Shown here: piece after piece, positions 1 through 14,169 of the stretch
Numbering within the stretch: the first letter of the stretch is position 1
Layout of the letters: each line of letters opens with the position of its first letter
NCBI RefSeq assembly: GCF_018350175.1
Contig: NC_058368.1
Location: forward strand, 188,792,001-188,856,000
DNA from: Felis catus
Taxonomy: Eukaryota
Reading direction: 5' to 3'
Length of the DNA: 64,000 nt
Program-made: the position numbers and the translations under genes
Notes under the pieces: model-generated
Database searches by the model: none
What the model saw: the letters and a program-made list of their open reading frames with translations, nothing else
Told to the model about the DNA's origin: nothing

Positions 1-329
1 CCTAATAGTATCTTGCCTGTTTTTCTGTAGGCTCCAAACCCTTTTCACTTCCTTCTTTTTTCTTTCTGTGTGAGTGTGGGATTTCTTTCTCTCTGTGCAG
101 AAGCATTCCAGCTGATATTCTCTTATCTTTTTGGTTTGTCATAGTTGATATTTATTTTGCCCCTCCTCAGATCACGAAGAAGCTAAATGCCATCTTTTGC
201 ATTGTCTGTCTCCCAAAGAAAGGATGCATATTTGATATTTCTTCCACACTGAATGGAGAATATTACGCTGACCCTGCTTAGAAACGTAATGGTTCTCCCA
301 GTGCTTGCTTTTCCCCAGCAGAGAACTAT

Positions 330-332
<3 letters not shown>

Positions 333-368
<36 letters not shown>

Positions 369-370
369 GT
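333..370. repeat. (GT)n microsatellite
   Basis: Direct dinucleotide run with one GC interruption. Confidence 0.95.
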
Positions 371-779
371 ACGTCCTCAATTCTTTCACCTTAAAGAAAC
401 CCCAGAAGAAAAATTAACAATACTCTTTCCTTAACCATGTCTATTAAGCAGCTTTGCCCTCATATGTTTTTAGACTTAAAAGTCTTATATCTAAATTCTT
501 TCCAGATAATGTAAAAAAAAAAAAATGATGTCACTGTTTATGTTGGCAGCTGCAAGGTGCTCTATTTATTTCATACTATTCAAATAGTTTCCAGGGAATT
601 TTTCCTGTTAATATCACGAAGAACCAACCTTACCACATGGCTTGCTCCCTTTCCCTGGCTGCCTGAAAGGTTAAGGTCTTTTCCCCCCCTCTCAAAAAGA
701 GGTAAAATGAAGTGTAAAGCAGAGCCAAATAAATAAATAAATAAGGGGAAGGGGAAATTCAGTGTGTTCTCAAGTGTGC

Positions 780-1010
780 AGTAGATCCGCACCGTGCAGC
801 AAATACATGTCGTGATTGGGTTTTTAAAAGACGTCCGCCTCGCCTCTGACTGACAGGGCCTATTGATTTTTTAGGTTTCTGCCGTCATCGGTTTCCAGCC
901 TCACAGCGGCCGCGTGTCGGGGGTCAGGGCGCACCGGGGCGCAGTGAGCCAGCCCTCGCCACTTCCCAAAGTGAAGGGCCGCTGAAAGAAAATCAATCAT
1001 GTCATAAGTG
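780..1010. promoter_or_regulatory. Small CpG-rich putative enhancer/promoter-proximal element with TALE-homeodomain motifs
   Basis: About 17 CpGs in ~200 bp counted by eye, GCGGCCGC at 906-913, TGACTGACAG at 847-856, ATCAATCA-TGTCA at 992-1004. Confidence 0.5.
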
Positions 1011-4000
1011 AGAAGCATCAAAAATTTTCCCCCTGTATGGCCAAGACCCATCAGCCTGTCTCCACTCAGTAGCTAAGGTTAGGCATCTGTCAAGTCAGAC
1101 TAGGTGAAAAGTATTAGAAATGCCAGTTAACCCATGGGTAGACTGTGGAGGTGCGATGCTGCCTCTTCCCTTTGTCTGGCCATCCCGGGATGATGCGATT
1201 GGCATTCTCACTTAATTTTGGAGCTAGCATCACCCATTTTCCATCCCTTTAGCCTCTGTGTCTCTCTCTACTCTTCCCCCTCTTAAGGCAGGAAGCACTG
1301 GGGCCTGGGACCCTGTTTACTTAAGAACTAGTGAAGAGTCAGAATGGATGCTTTCTCCTAGGAGCCCACTGGGAAGGCAGCGCTTGTGTTTTACCAAGTC
1401 ACAGAATGTATTTCCCCAGGTGAGACAGATTTCCTCCACCCATTTCGTATCTAGCTTTGGAAACAAACATTGCACAGATAGCTCTAATTGTAAAATTAAT
1501 TGGGCACATCACATGGTAGGAAATTTTTATTTGACCACTGTGTTGATGTTTCTGAACTGATTGGGCACTAAATTTTCTTCCTGCTCAACGAATTGGGAGG
1601 AAATATATTTTTGCTTCTCAGAGAAATGATCAGGAGTATGCCATTCATTTTAAAGTGCCTTTTTATATTTATTACATTTCAAATCTATAGAATTCAACTG
1701 CATAGTTTGGCGAAACAAACATTATTAAGTGACTAGTGTGGAGAAACCCTTTGACGTTTACCTTCTAATTCTGCATTTGGTAATTGGCTAGAATGTGATG
1801 ATAGGTACCTTTCAAGATATAAATTATGGACAATGTATTCTGTGGGGAAAATGATAGGCTTTGATTCTCAAAGTTTAGTTTGCATTTATTTTAATCAATA
1901 CAGTTTTTTAAATGAATAGTTTTGTTTGCTTGTCTATTTTTGCTGGTCAGGAAGGGTGGGTTGGAGCACTGGCTGATGTCAGGCTGGTCTTACCTCGTGC
2001 TTTCCACCCACTCAGTGCCTCTCCTTTCAGGCTTGTCTCTGTTGGTTGACAATGATTCCATGATAGTCACTGCCAATTTAAGACCAGTTTGAAAGCTCCT
2101 GAGAAGAGCTTCTTTCTGGGAAATCTGCAGGAGGAGTTCATTTAGGTGGAGGGACAGATGCTAAGATCTCCTCTGCTTGGGGTGACCACCTCAGTAGCAT
2201 TGGAGGAACCTGAAAATGGATTGAGCTGAGAGCTCTGTTGTAACTTTCCACACCTAAATTGACATTCACTGCCTGAACCAAGATGTATACTCACTAATAA
2301 ATATTTTAGCTCTCCATGCTTCAGTGATTACGCTAGCCATTCCATACAGATAAAAAGACAAAATGTTTCTTTAATCAGTACTGTGATGTGAGACCGTTAA
2401 GGTAATAGTGCTTGAAACTATTAGAATCTTGAAGATATTGACTGGCTTGCTTTTGGCATGGCAATTATAATTACATTTTTAGGTTACATTTTATGGGTTT
2501 ATACTAGTTATTCTAACATAAAAGAAATTGCTGTCCAGAATTTTAACAGAGGGGAGAATGATCTAGGTTGAAATCCTCAGCAGTCCAGGCATCAGAGGCT
2601 GCTAATATACGATCTAATTGTGATCAATACTTTCTTTTCTAGTTTCTGTAATGACAAGGCCTTTGCAATAAAAACACTACCATCTTTTTGAAATCCACAG
2701 AATGATAAATGACCCAGGCCAACTTGAGGGGGAAAGTGTAGTGTATTTTACATTCCTAGTGATTTATTATGGATTTGTGAACATAGCTGGTGTGAAATCA
2801 AGCTTAGGGAAAAAAAGGACGAAAAGTACCCAACAAAGAAATCCATTCTGCCTAAAATACCTAGGTTTAAGTCCCATTACCATTGATGTGAGCTAAGTAC
2901 TCTCATCAAGGGTCTTTGGAACACTTGAGTATTTAGATTCTTTTTGTAACATTACAGGAAAGGGGATAAAGGCAGCACAATGAACCAATACTTGGCTATG
3001 TAAGAATGGGTAGGTCAGCCTAACTCACATGATACATAAAAAGGACCAATTTGATTCTGCCTTGACAATAAATGAAAGCCCAGCTTTGTAGAAACTCTTA
3101 GCTGGGTCTGTTTGCTTTCAGAGACAGTGTTTTGGGCAGGTTCTGGAGGCAGGTTATTTCGTCTAAGAAGGGAAATCTGCTTGTTTCTTAACTATTAGGG
3201 ATATAACTTCCTTTAGTGTAAAGCAGAGTCCAGTCATCCCCAACCAGATTTTGCCTGTATGGAAGTACATTGCTGTCCTAATCAAACCCAGCTGGTCATT
3301 CAGACCTGACAGGTAAAATGTTAGATTTATGAAGCCTATACTATACAAAAGTGAAAAATGTGTCAATATGAGCCCCCTTTCAGCCTCTGCCACAATTATG
3401 TATGGCCAATAGTGTTTCTCATGTGGCTATGGTTAGGTTTCTCAGTATTTCCATTTTTGATTTTTGTTCATAGGTTGCCTGTTGACATTTCGCTTTAGGC
3501 CAGCTCTTAGTATGTAATATTACTGATGTCCTTCCATCTTCCCACCTCCCTCTCTTCCTTGTCTTTGTCTCCTCTTTCTTTCACCCTATCCCCCAACTCT
3601 TTTTTTCTTACAAAAACCAAAACTCTTTTGTTAAGAATTGAAAAAATATATGAAGGCACTATATAGCATTTGCAAATTTGGGACTGATCCAATATACTTT
3701 CTGTCATTCACCATACCCCTGCGTCTCGTAAAGAAAATTTCCAGTGTCATGTTGAAGTGAATGGATTTTTTCCCTATTAACCAGGAAATGTCCCATTTTC
3801 CTGCCCTAGTAAATATAGCATACAGTAAGTAGTTAGTACAAGGGCTAAAGGCTCTCTTATTCATGTGTTTTCTTTGGTCAGGACTGTGGAAGGAGATACA
3901 GAAGGTGTAGGAGATTAAGTTTTTACATGAGATTATTGTCTCTTTTCTCTAGAATCAGGCTTGAGACAAAAGGGATAAAGAGTGTTTTTTGTCCTCAAAT

Positions 4001-5884
4001 ATCCAATTCATCCTATCAGATTTCCCACAGTGAGTTTCTCCACCAAGGTCTTAATGCACTACTCTGAGAATGTCTCATCAGTGACCAGAGCTGACGGGGT
4101 CTTTGAACATTAGACAGTACCCATTAGTCAAGGTCCCTGGGCTAACATCTTCTGGATGGCATTTTCTTCTAAGTGTGCCATTAGTTAGTATAATGGACTG
4201 GTGTCTGTCAGCCTTTGGGACAGGACAGAGAGAAGCATCTAAGACCCTTTGTTAGAAGAATGGGCTGTGTTTTCCCCTAACCTGGAAACATGTTCCCAGC
4301 AACATTTTAGCCCTTGAGAGACAATAAATGTTAATGGCTTTAGTGAAGTCTTTATGATCTCCCAGGTCAGAAATCTTTTTCTCCCCCTTAAAACCTCAGA
4401 TATGGATTTACAAAATACTCTTCAGAACCATTATGGTCTTTTGGATAAATAGTTTTCATTTTAAAACATGTTTATAATACACATGCTTGAAAAGAGTGTT
4501 CTAAATATGTATTTTTACGATTGATCATGACAGCTCCTTAAAGAGCCATTCTTTCCTATCAGGGAGAAAATGTTTATGTGTATTCAAGAAATTGTCTGCA
4601 AAACCACCATCTCAGAGCCGTGTATGTTTCCAATGAGGATTTTTTTTCTTCCCAGTATACTTGAAAAAATTATGTAAAACAGATTGTCAAAGTGAGACAG
4701 TTCAGAGTTGAAGATTTTTGAAATGCCTCTCAAGTGGCAATAGAGAAACTCCAGGATATGAAAGATCAGACCTGCTGGGTATCCTTACTGGAGACTGTGA
4801 ACATAGGTTACCAGAGATTTGGGTGATTTGCCAGACTTTCTTCCTCAAGCTTGCATGTTTTTGAAAGTCAGAAGATAAGGCTTTGATTTTTTGGATTCTC
4901 TGAACCATAGGTTGCCATCTAACATAGAGGACTTGACATCAGTCAGATTAGGGTACCTACTTGTTGGTTTATTCAGACCTTTATTGAATATGTCATTGTG
5001 CTAGGAATTAGAGCTCTAAAGAGAGTAAGCTGCATTTATGACCTTGCAGAGCATTGAGAGCTATAGATAGAGCGGTAGACAGAGTGGTAAATTCTACAGT
5101 GGAAACATGAAAGAATGGGAGCGTCAGCAACATGTATTAGGAATAAGAATGGATTTGCAAATTGTAAGATAAGGGTGGCTGCAGGTTTCCTCAGGGTGCA
5201 AGGGGTTACAAACGATCAAGGGTGCTGGGTCAGGTGGGCAAGGTGGTGAGAATCAAAAGATCTCCTTATGTACGATAGCAGTGAGAATGATCAGGGCTAC
5301 TACTCCCACTACCACTACGAGGGGTGATTAGGCTTTTCTGGAGCCACTTAGCCAAGAATAGTACATGACTTAACGTGTGCTTCAGAGGATACATTTTTTT
5401 CTCATTCAACCAACAAATAGTTATTGCATGCCTTATGTGTGCTAGTAACTTGCGGTATAGGGTTCTGTTCTCTTGGAACTTCTACAGTATTAGCAGGATT
5501 GGGACCCTGGAGCTCAGATATTGATGAAAAATATCATGCACATAAATGTGAAATCTATAATGTGATGTCTGTAAGAGACAGGACACCGAATATTTTGTTG
5601 GTTTTGTAGGGTCTGTCTAATGGAGGTGGTGGAGTGTGTGTGGTGATTTGACCTGGTCTGAGAGGCCAGGGAAATGCCCGAGAAGATGGTGAAGAAAGAA
5701 GGAGGGTTAGGCAGATAAAGCGGGTGGCATTGAAGTGACAGGACGCAGGAGAATATTCTAGAGAAGAAGAGTGGGAAGGAAGAGGGAAAGAAAATGGAAG
5801 GAGAAATGAAAGACAGGATGTAGTAAGGGGTAGGAATAATATCCTTTCTCCCTGACTTTCCTTTCCTTTCCTCCTTAATTCTTT

Positions 5885-6490
5885 TGTTCTTTCAACAAAT
5901 ATTTATTGAGTACCTCCTAGGATCCAGACTGGTCTAGACACTGGGGGTCCAGCATGAATGCAATAGTAAAAACAAAACAAAACAAAACAAAACAAAATAA
6001 AACAAAACAAAACAGCTCCCTACCTACATGCTGCTTACATTTTCGTGGGGAGAGACAGTAAACAAGTCAAATATACAGGTCATCAGATGGTGATGAATTC
6101 TACTGAGGAAAATAATTCAGGAGATGGGGAAAGGGAGCATTTGGAGTGGGATTGGCATTGTTATTTGAAATACAGTAGCCAGAAAAAGCCCTGCTGATAG
6201 GTTGTTAGTTGGGTAAAGACCCGAAAGAGCAGAGGGAGTGGGCAGATGTCTAGGGGAAGTGAAGTTAGAGCAGACCATGCAGTGTGAAGCGAGGCCCTGA
6301 AAGAAGTGTGCGTGTCTAGCAGGCTTGAGGAAGAGTAAGGAGGACAGTGTGATTGAAACAGAATAAGCAAGGAAGAGATAGGTGGATGACGCTGCCAGAG
6401 GCATAATGGCACCATTCTGGGGACCCTGTAGGCCATATGAAGATCTTGGGTCTTTCCTCTGCATGAGATGGGAAGCCATTGGAAATAGAG
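5885..6490 (-). mobile_element. LINE-2 (L2a-like) 3' fragment
   Basis: Begins TTCAACAAATATTTATTGAG (reverse complement of L2 3' end) and continues with typical L2 body to ...GATGGGAAGCCATTGGA. Confidence 0.8.
5968..6014. repeat. (AAAAC)n microsatellite inside L2
   Basis: Direct pentanucleotide run. Confidence 0.95.
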
Positions 6491-6640
6491 GACAAATAGA
6501 TGAGAAGGTTTTTAGGCAGTGATGAAGATGCCCTTCTAGTCATTAACAGTAAGCAAATAATTCCTAAACTAAAGGGAAGCATTTCCTGGTCTCCTGGTTT
6601 CTTGAGTGAAACCGTAAAACCGCTGGAACTTAAGATTCCT

Positions 6641-6642
6641 TT

Positions 6643-6698
<56 letters not shown>

Positions 6699-6700
6699 TC
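6641..6700. repeat. (TTTC)15 microsatellite
   Basis: Perfect tetranucleotide run. Confidence 0.95.
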
Positions 6701-9700
6701 AGAATGGCCTCTGAGTCACGTCCACTAACAGTTTTAAACTGATCTTAATTCATAAAGATGCATTTTGGAACAATTCCTTTTCACCCATAAAGGGTTTGCT
6801 TTGATAGCCCTATTGCTAAAATTCTTTCTGAATGATCTATTTAGTTGTGTGACAATTATATACTGAAATATGCAGCATGTGTGCTATATGGGTGGGGTGA
6901 ATGAAATAAACTCAGCTGAAGTTTGAGTGACAAGGTACCCAGCTGGGAGGGTGAAAGAGAAGGGAGGGAGAAGGAGCTGCTGGGGATGCAGATCGAGGTG
7001 GGCAGGCAAGACAATGGCCTGTCCTGATAAGCACCTTTTTACAAAGGTCATCAGTCAGTCATGGGGACTCAGCTCAGACACCTTAGCTTTTGTGTAAGCT
7101 GAAGTTTTATTCTTTAAAGAAGCCAGTGGGATCTCTAAAAGGAAGGTTAAAAATCACCATGGCAATCAACAAGGTGATCAAGAAGAAATATTTGCCTATC
7201 CATATCTAAATACTTTGTTATCCATCTAGAAGTGTCCTTTTTCTATTCTCTTTCTAACATCAGGGCGATATTCCTTTGATATTAATCCTTAATATTAATC
7301 TCTCAACACTAGACAGTAATTCCAAAGTTATGGACTCCAGGTTCTCTGCACGTTTAACAGGGGGAGGTGAGAGAGTATGTCCAGAATCTTACTTAGCTCT
7401 TGAAGACAATACTGAATGGTGTTGGTTTGCTGGACTTTTTAGAGGCCACAATCAGAGCAAAAATTTTCTGATGTTTATACCTCTTCAGGCTTTGAGACCG
7501 TTTGCAGCGTCTTTTCTTGCGGTCTTTTGGTCTTCTCCTTGGCAGTTCCCTTCTACGGCATTTGTTCTAGGAAACAAAGAGGTTCTTGTGAGACTTGGAG
7601 CAAACTCTCCTTGATTTCCAGTGAATATTCATCAAGAACAATCAGTGAGTCTCTACGCCTTGGCCTGAGTTGGGAGGTGTGTGGTAACCCAAGCAGAAGC
7701 AAAGAAGACCCTAAGAAGAGAACCATTGAGAGCTGGTACTGTTGGGCCCAGGAGCTTGATGCTGAAAAGTAGTTTCACTGATGTTTGCTTGCTAAAATCC
7801 ACATTTGCTTTTCTTGGGGGTCCATGTCCCAAACCTAGCTGACTTTTTACAGTCACTCATTTGGCCAGAGAGAGCCAGAATTTGCAGCCTCCTTGGACAG
7901 GCTATCTTCCAGGACCGGTGGGCATAAGAACAAATATCAGTCACTCAGTGATTTTCATCATCAAAGTACTTTCTAAATTCAAATGAATTCCTCATGTAAG
8001 AATCAGGTTAAGCATTGTTATCCCCACTTTATAGATGGGTGTGCCTCGATTTCTTTATTCCGAAGATAGATTTTGAGTCCACGACAAATGTGCTTAGCAT
8101 TATAGTCAATTGAAGATGAAAAGGCCTATTAGGCTGCCCGGTATTGCCCCTCCCTCTCCACCTCCACACAACCAGAACAGGAAGCTCCCTGCAATCTCCT
8201 TTCTACTTCTTTGGCCAGGCTTCATTTAAACGTCCCAGGGGAACCTCCCTATAAGGCTAACCTTGGAGAAAGAATCTGATTCTAAAAAGCCGCTTTTGTG
8301 TTCTCAGTGCTGCGACCACCCCCCTCTGCTGAAAGGCTCTTGGAAGTGAGAGGAATATGGTTGGAAGTCTTTTTTCCTTTCTCTTTAAGGTGAATTGCAA
8401 ATTCCAAGAGTCACATGTGTATCTTTTCCTTTCATAGTAGATTTTTATATGCCTTTCTAGGTTTACTAACAGACATACTGGATTTTGAGTTACAGTTGGG
8501 ACATGAGCTCATGAAATTAGTATTAACTGCTTTAACCTGTGGGTGCTCGTGTTTATGGAATAAGCAAGTCATAATCGCTGACCACAGCCATTAAAATCTG
8601 ATGTGAGTCAACTTTGAGTACAAAGACTTTCTATAAGCCAACCCTCTTGAAGCAGAAATGATCACAATTTAATATAATGAGAATAATTAATAAGGAGTGT
8701 GCCAGTGACCTTGAATATTAATATTGTTTCCTTTTCCTGTAAACAAACCAGGGTATTTTATTATTATTTTAGTGTGTAATTTGGCATAAACACTCCTTTT
8801 CACATAATTTCCCCAGGTGACTTTTGTCTCCTTGGCAATTTCCGGCTTTAATAAAGAAAACCTAATTAAGAAGGAGCTGTTGATTGGTTTGCTAGTGTAA
8901 TTAACACAGGTGATGCTAATGAGTTTCTATGAAACCGGTGGTTTATGGGAAAAATAAACAGACCGCTGTTGCATATGGCCCAACTGATATGTGCACTCTG
9001 GAAGAAATGATGATTTCCCGGTCTCCTGTGAGTGGTTTGTGGGCATGGAATAGGCAGATAAAATATTTTATAAGATTCATTAGTGGAACTAGACCAAATT
9101 GGAAGTAAAAGTCTCAATGTCAGGCGATATTTAAAAAATGTGATCTCTGATTGTACTTGTTAGGTCTTTTTTTTTTTTTTTTTCATGTGCTTTACGAGGG
9201 CAGATTTCTTTTGTTTGGGGTATGTTTCTGACCATCATGGTTGCCCTTTTAAGTTGGCAAGGCCCCCAGTGGACTTTCTAGAGTCATTTTAATTTTCATT
9301 CTCTTCTCCCTAATTTTGCTCATTAACCCTCGAGGATGTGTTGACCAGAAATGCACATGGAATTCTTGTAGAAATTAAGACTCCTGAGACCCATCTTTCT
9401 TGGTCTACAACTGCTTCCTGAGTTACACTTGATATTTATATTTTCAGTGGCACCCATGCTAGACTGGTCCAACCAGAGTGACTTAAAAGAGGTGAATTTT
9501 CTCTTTCTGGCTTTCTTTGCTGGGCTGGGAAAGGAGGTAGGGACAGTGGTTCAGATTTCATTTGGGAACATTATAAGATGAATGAGATTCATGGCATCGA
9601 TGCACCTTTTCTCATTATAAATTTTACTCAGAACACTTGCCTGTTATTTTTGATAATGTATAGATACCACCCTCAATTTCAAAATAGGTTCCCAAAGTTA

Positions 9701-11532
9701 CTTACACGAAAGATTTGATAGACTAAGACCTTTGATGTTTACCTAGTTTTTCTGGACTTCTTCCCTTTTCCATTGGTGTGTTCTTCAAGTCAGTCTTAAA
9801 AACATGTGTTTTCTCTTTATTTTCATCTCATTTTTATCATCAGCTAGTTAATTCTTTTTCTTTCTCCTTTTTTCCACCTCCAAAAATGCCTGTTCTACTT
9901 TGTCTCTCATCTATTGCTATGTGACAGAAAAGCCAGAGACATTCTGTGTCTTGCGGTGCACCTCCAGGGACATCTTTTGAACTCTCATAATTTGTATTTA
10001 TTGCCACCCACTTTGTAAGTTCACAGTTTAATTTGCCAGCAGTGGCAGTGTTAGGCCGACACAGTAAAACAAGATAACGTTAAAATGTCAGAATGAGAGG
10101 GGGCATGAATGATGCATTACCCCTACTAGGACTTGCACTTGTCATTCCCTTCCACCAAAGTGATGTTAACTACCTTTTGAGAGCTTTATCTGACTGGTAT
10201 TACTCAGAAATAGGATCATTAGTTCACTGTTCTGATTAGGAAGCCGCTATGCTTGATTAACTCTTCTTGGACTAGGATCTCAGTGGAGGCATTAAATGAA
10301 TAGCACAGACTTAGACATCTATAACTAATTTATAATTATTTTTTTGCAATTATTTGTAGTTGTTGACATGTGTTTTTCCATGATGTGGTATTAACGGGGA
10401 TGAGTGAAACCTACTGGAGAAAAGACAAGAGTGTTTGAGTTGCACTTTTAATTCACATTTAAGGGAAAGTCTTCTAGATTTAAAAAATTTTTTCCCCGTG
10501 GACGGATGCTAAACCATCGTTCTTAATAGCATCAGTATTTGTTCACAAACCTTTTGAAATTCCTGATTTTTGGAAATTGGCTCTTTGGTACTTTTTTCAG
10601 AATTACTGTCCTAGGAGGAAACTGATAGACTTCATGTTTATTCATGGGGGCTCTCTATATAAGAAACAGGGTTAATGTGTGTCTTGAGAAACTTCCCAAG
10701 TGATAAATCTAGGGTATTGGAACAGGAAACACCTCCTCCGTTTCTTATTCCCCCAAACCACCTTACTTACAATTGCTTTTTCCCTGCTTAAATTTTTTCC
10801 TGATCTTGCTGCTGTCTGAAACCCTAGCATATTGAGTCTCTAGCTTCTGACAAAATACATAACTCTCTTTCCCCTTGCAAACTTACACTCAATACTTAAA
10901 GTTTAGTGTAGGTTTCTCTTAAGAGCAGGGTTTGATAAGGAATGTGTTGAAAGACTCGGAGATGGATATGGGCATGGCACTTAAGAGGAAATTTGTCTGG
11001 AACAAGGATCTTGATAGTAGTGAAGACTTTTAGTTCAGCCTTTCTGAAATAAGAATATTTTTTCTCCTGTACTTCTAAGCAGAAACAGACCTATATGGAA
11101 CAATCTGGGAGGGATCTGTGTATCTCATGCACCACTGTGTATACAGTGCCTACTCTTCTAGATGCTTAAGATGCATTTGTTAAATGGATTGGGTGAAGCT
11201 ATCACTGAAAAGCAGCGGAGCAATGCCCCCAGCCCCCATTCAAGTACTTCTCTCTCAATGTCTTATTTCCTGAAAGGGTTTTTTATCTGTGTAGATCCAG
11301 AAACTTGGGTTGTTATTACAGATGCTGCTGATGAACCTGGGGTTACTCTGAGCATATTAACAGCAGCATCCCATTATCTTCCTTTATCATATACTTGACA
11401 TCTGCCCTAAGTTACTATCCTTCACTATCTGCTCAAGTCAGCCTATGTTCTCTTTGGAGATTTCTTGGCAGCAAACCCTTGCTTTAGTTACAGATGAGCT
11501 GGCCTTCAGCTATTTGTATTAAAAATGTAACC

Positions 11533-11658
11533 GTATGGCAGATGGTAACTACACTTATCACAGTGAGCAAAGCATAATGTATAGAATTGTCAATCACTGT
11601 GTTGTACACCTGAAACTAATATAACATTGTATGCTGACTATACTTAAATTAAAAAAAA
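11533..11658 (+). mobile_element. Severely 5'-truncated carnivore-type L1 3' end with TSD
   Basis: GATGGTAACTACACTTAT...TGTTGTACACCTGAAACTAATATAACATTGTATG..CTATACTTAAATT-polyA; TSD AAAAATGTAACC at 11521-11532 and 11654-11665. Confidence 0.85.
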
Positions 11659-13384
11659 TGTAACCATGACTTGCTTGTCTGAGAAGATGATGCTGGCCTT
11701 ATTTTCGAGACCAAGCCAGGTGCCTCTCTTTGTGGGGACAAGTTTAACCAAAGGGGAAGCTGGGTATCAGTTTAAGAATTCATAGGAGAACTTGGTTTCC
11801 GGGTAATAATGATAAAACCCTAAGAGGTATGGAAAAGAGAATGTATTTGGTTTGAGGACTTTTGGGTGTATTAGTCACCTTCTAAGAGTATACTTTTTGT
11901 CAGGGTGAATCCTTTATACTGAATTCCAGTTTATTGATGTTTCTCTCTGTGAGCCTATTTTTCAGTAGTTTTGCCCTGTATTGCCCAGAGAACTGATGCT
12001 CTTTGAGATTTTGCTATAATGCTGCTTTTGTAGAGTGGAGAAATGAAGGCAGAGATAAATAAGTAGTTTTCTATATGCCTGTGTGAAAAGGCAGTAGTCA
12101 AATTGGAAAAACTTTTTTTTTTTCCCTGTCATACTTCTGTGGGGGAACCATTTGATCAATATGGGTCTGGCTTGATGAAAACTATTTTAAAACTTCTCTC
12201 CTCTGAAAGTTCCCTTCCTATACACTTTCTCAGAAAGGAAGGTTGAGAGTAGAGTTCTAAAAGAAAAGCTATTTGGCCAAGAAAATAAGAAAATTTTTCC
12301 CCACGTCAAAGTTGAACATACCAGCATGTGCTTTAGGGAGCCAAGAAATGTGACTTCCCCCAGAAATAATTGTTGTAGCTGAATTATGAGTACTTTCCTA
12401 AATCTTCCTAAATCTTACTCAAGGTTTCCTGTGCCCTGCGTTGTCCCAGATAGAGAACAAAATGAAACTCTGACCAATTTTGTCTACCTTTTTTGCTCTA
12501 AGCCAAGGCTTTGCAGCACCATTAGGATGTAGATTATCATATTTAAAACCTGTGATGACACCGTTGTACCCATCTGAATGATTAATCTGCTCATTAAAAG
12601 AGTGCCGATGGGCTAGTCTAATTGGAACATGGATCTTCTTAAAGGACGTTACAGGGTCGGGAATAGGAAATATTACTCATAACATAAAGTAGGGATTAAT
12701 TATGCTACTAAATACTACTGTGTGAAATTTACATATGGGTCTGGTTGGAGACAAGGATTAGAATTAAGTGTAGCATCCCATTTTATAACATTTATGTCAA
12801 CTTTAAGACAGGTGGTATGTTCCTACTTTAATCCCAAATCTTAAATCAACATTTACAAAAGCTGTTATAAACTCAAATGCCACAGAAGGCTTAGAGGTTG
12901 GGATAAACACAGAATTTGCATCTGTGAATCACTGTGATTTAACCGTATGGATTTAAAAAAAAAAAAAAACAACAACCACAATTGCAAAGATCCAAAGCTG
13001 CAGAACAATCTTTACTCTCCATTAAACCCTAAACTTCTGGATAATATTAATCTTCCTAGAAGAGAATGAGAGTACAATTGGGATCTTTAAGAAAATATGC
13101 AAATCTGTTGAGCACAAGTTTACAAGCTTTTTTTTTTTTTAATAACCTTTCTTTAAACAAATAATATGTATGAAAGATGTAAGAGGATTGCTATAGTTGC
13201 AAAGGGACAGGAGGTTCAAAGTGTCACTTCAGAGCTTCTCTGCCTGGGGGATCCTGTAGCTGCAGTTAAAACAAAAAGACCTTGATAACAATCTTTGGGT
13301 TGCAAAGAATCTTAAAGATCATTTATCCTATCTTCTTCATTTTGTTTTATTATTTTATTTTGCTAAAATCCTTCTAAACAGTAT

Positions 13385-13502
13385 TTTATTTTTTTAAAAG
13401 ATTTTATTTTTAAGTAATCCCTACACCCAACGTGGGGCTTGAACTCTTAACTCTGAGATCAAAGAGCCACACACTCCACTGTCTGAGGCAGCCAAGCACC
13501 CC
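13385..13502 (-). mobile_element. Old short Can-SINE (SINEC_old-like)
   Basis: T-rich tail then AAGTAATCCCTACACCCAACGTGGGGCTTGAACTC...GAGATCAAAGAG...CAGCCAAGCACCCC. Confidence 0.8.
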
Positions 13503-14169
13503 GTGTCTCCCTCATTTTAAGACAAGGGAGCACAAAGCTTACACAACTAGTTAGTGATGAGCCAGAGCGAAAAAACCAAAGTTCCTGACTTATAATCCAG
13601 TAGTGTTTTTGGTAAACAGCACGGCATCTCTAGTCTGGTTACCGAAGATCCTGACATGTTAGATTACTTGTGTGACATGCCATGTTTTATGGTATTTCTG
13701 TTTACTGAAATGAGATCTGTTTGACAAATGTGAAATACACTCTTCCATGTCTTGGGGATCTGCTGCATTTCTTCTACTTGAGAATTCCTATTCTTTTTTA
13801 CTTGTAGGCAGATGTCACGGCATGTGTGTGGTAAAAAATGGCAAGTTGCTTCTTCAGCTGCCATGCTGGCTGGTCCAGCCAAAGGGATGAAAATCAGGTT
13901 AACTTGCTTATTAGTGGGACCCCACCTGTTTGAGGAACTGAAAGGATTACATATTGGTTTTTAGGGCGCTGCCAAGTTCAGAATTTCCTTAGGTTTTGGT
14001 AACTGTGTGACATTTCTGGGATTGAGGAAGCTATAAGCTGAAAATGCTGAACTGAAAAGGACATTAACAGGTTACCAATTCAAGCTCCCACATGCCTCTG
14101 GACCCACCTAGCCACCTCTCAAGCTCATTCTTCACTTTTCATTCCACTGGACTTGTCTGATTGAATGGG

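Noticed and set aside
171..285. Possible exon after CCCCTCCTCAG acceptor
   Set aside because: Weak donor (AAC|GTAATG), stop codons in the reading frames and no recognisable peptide
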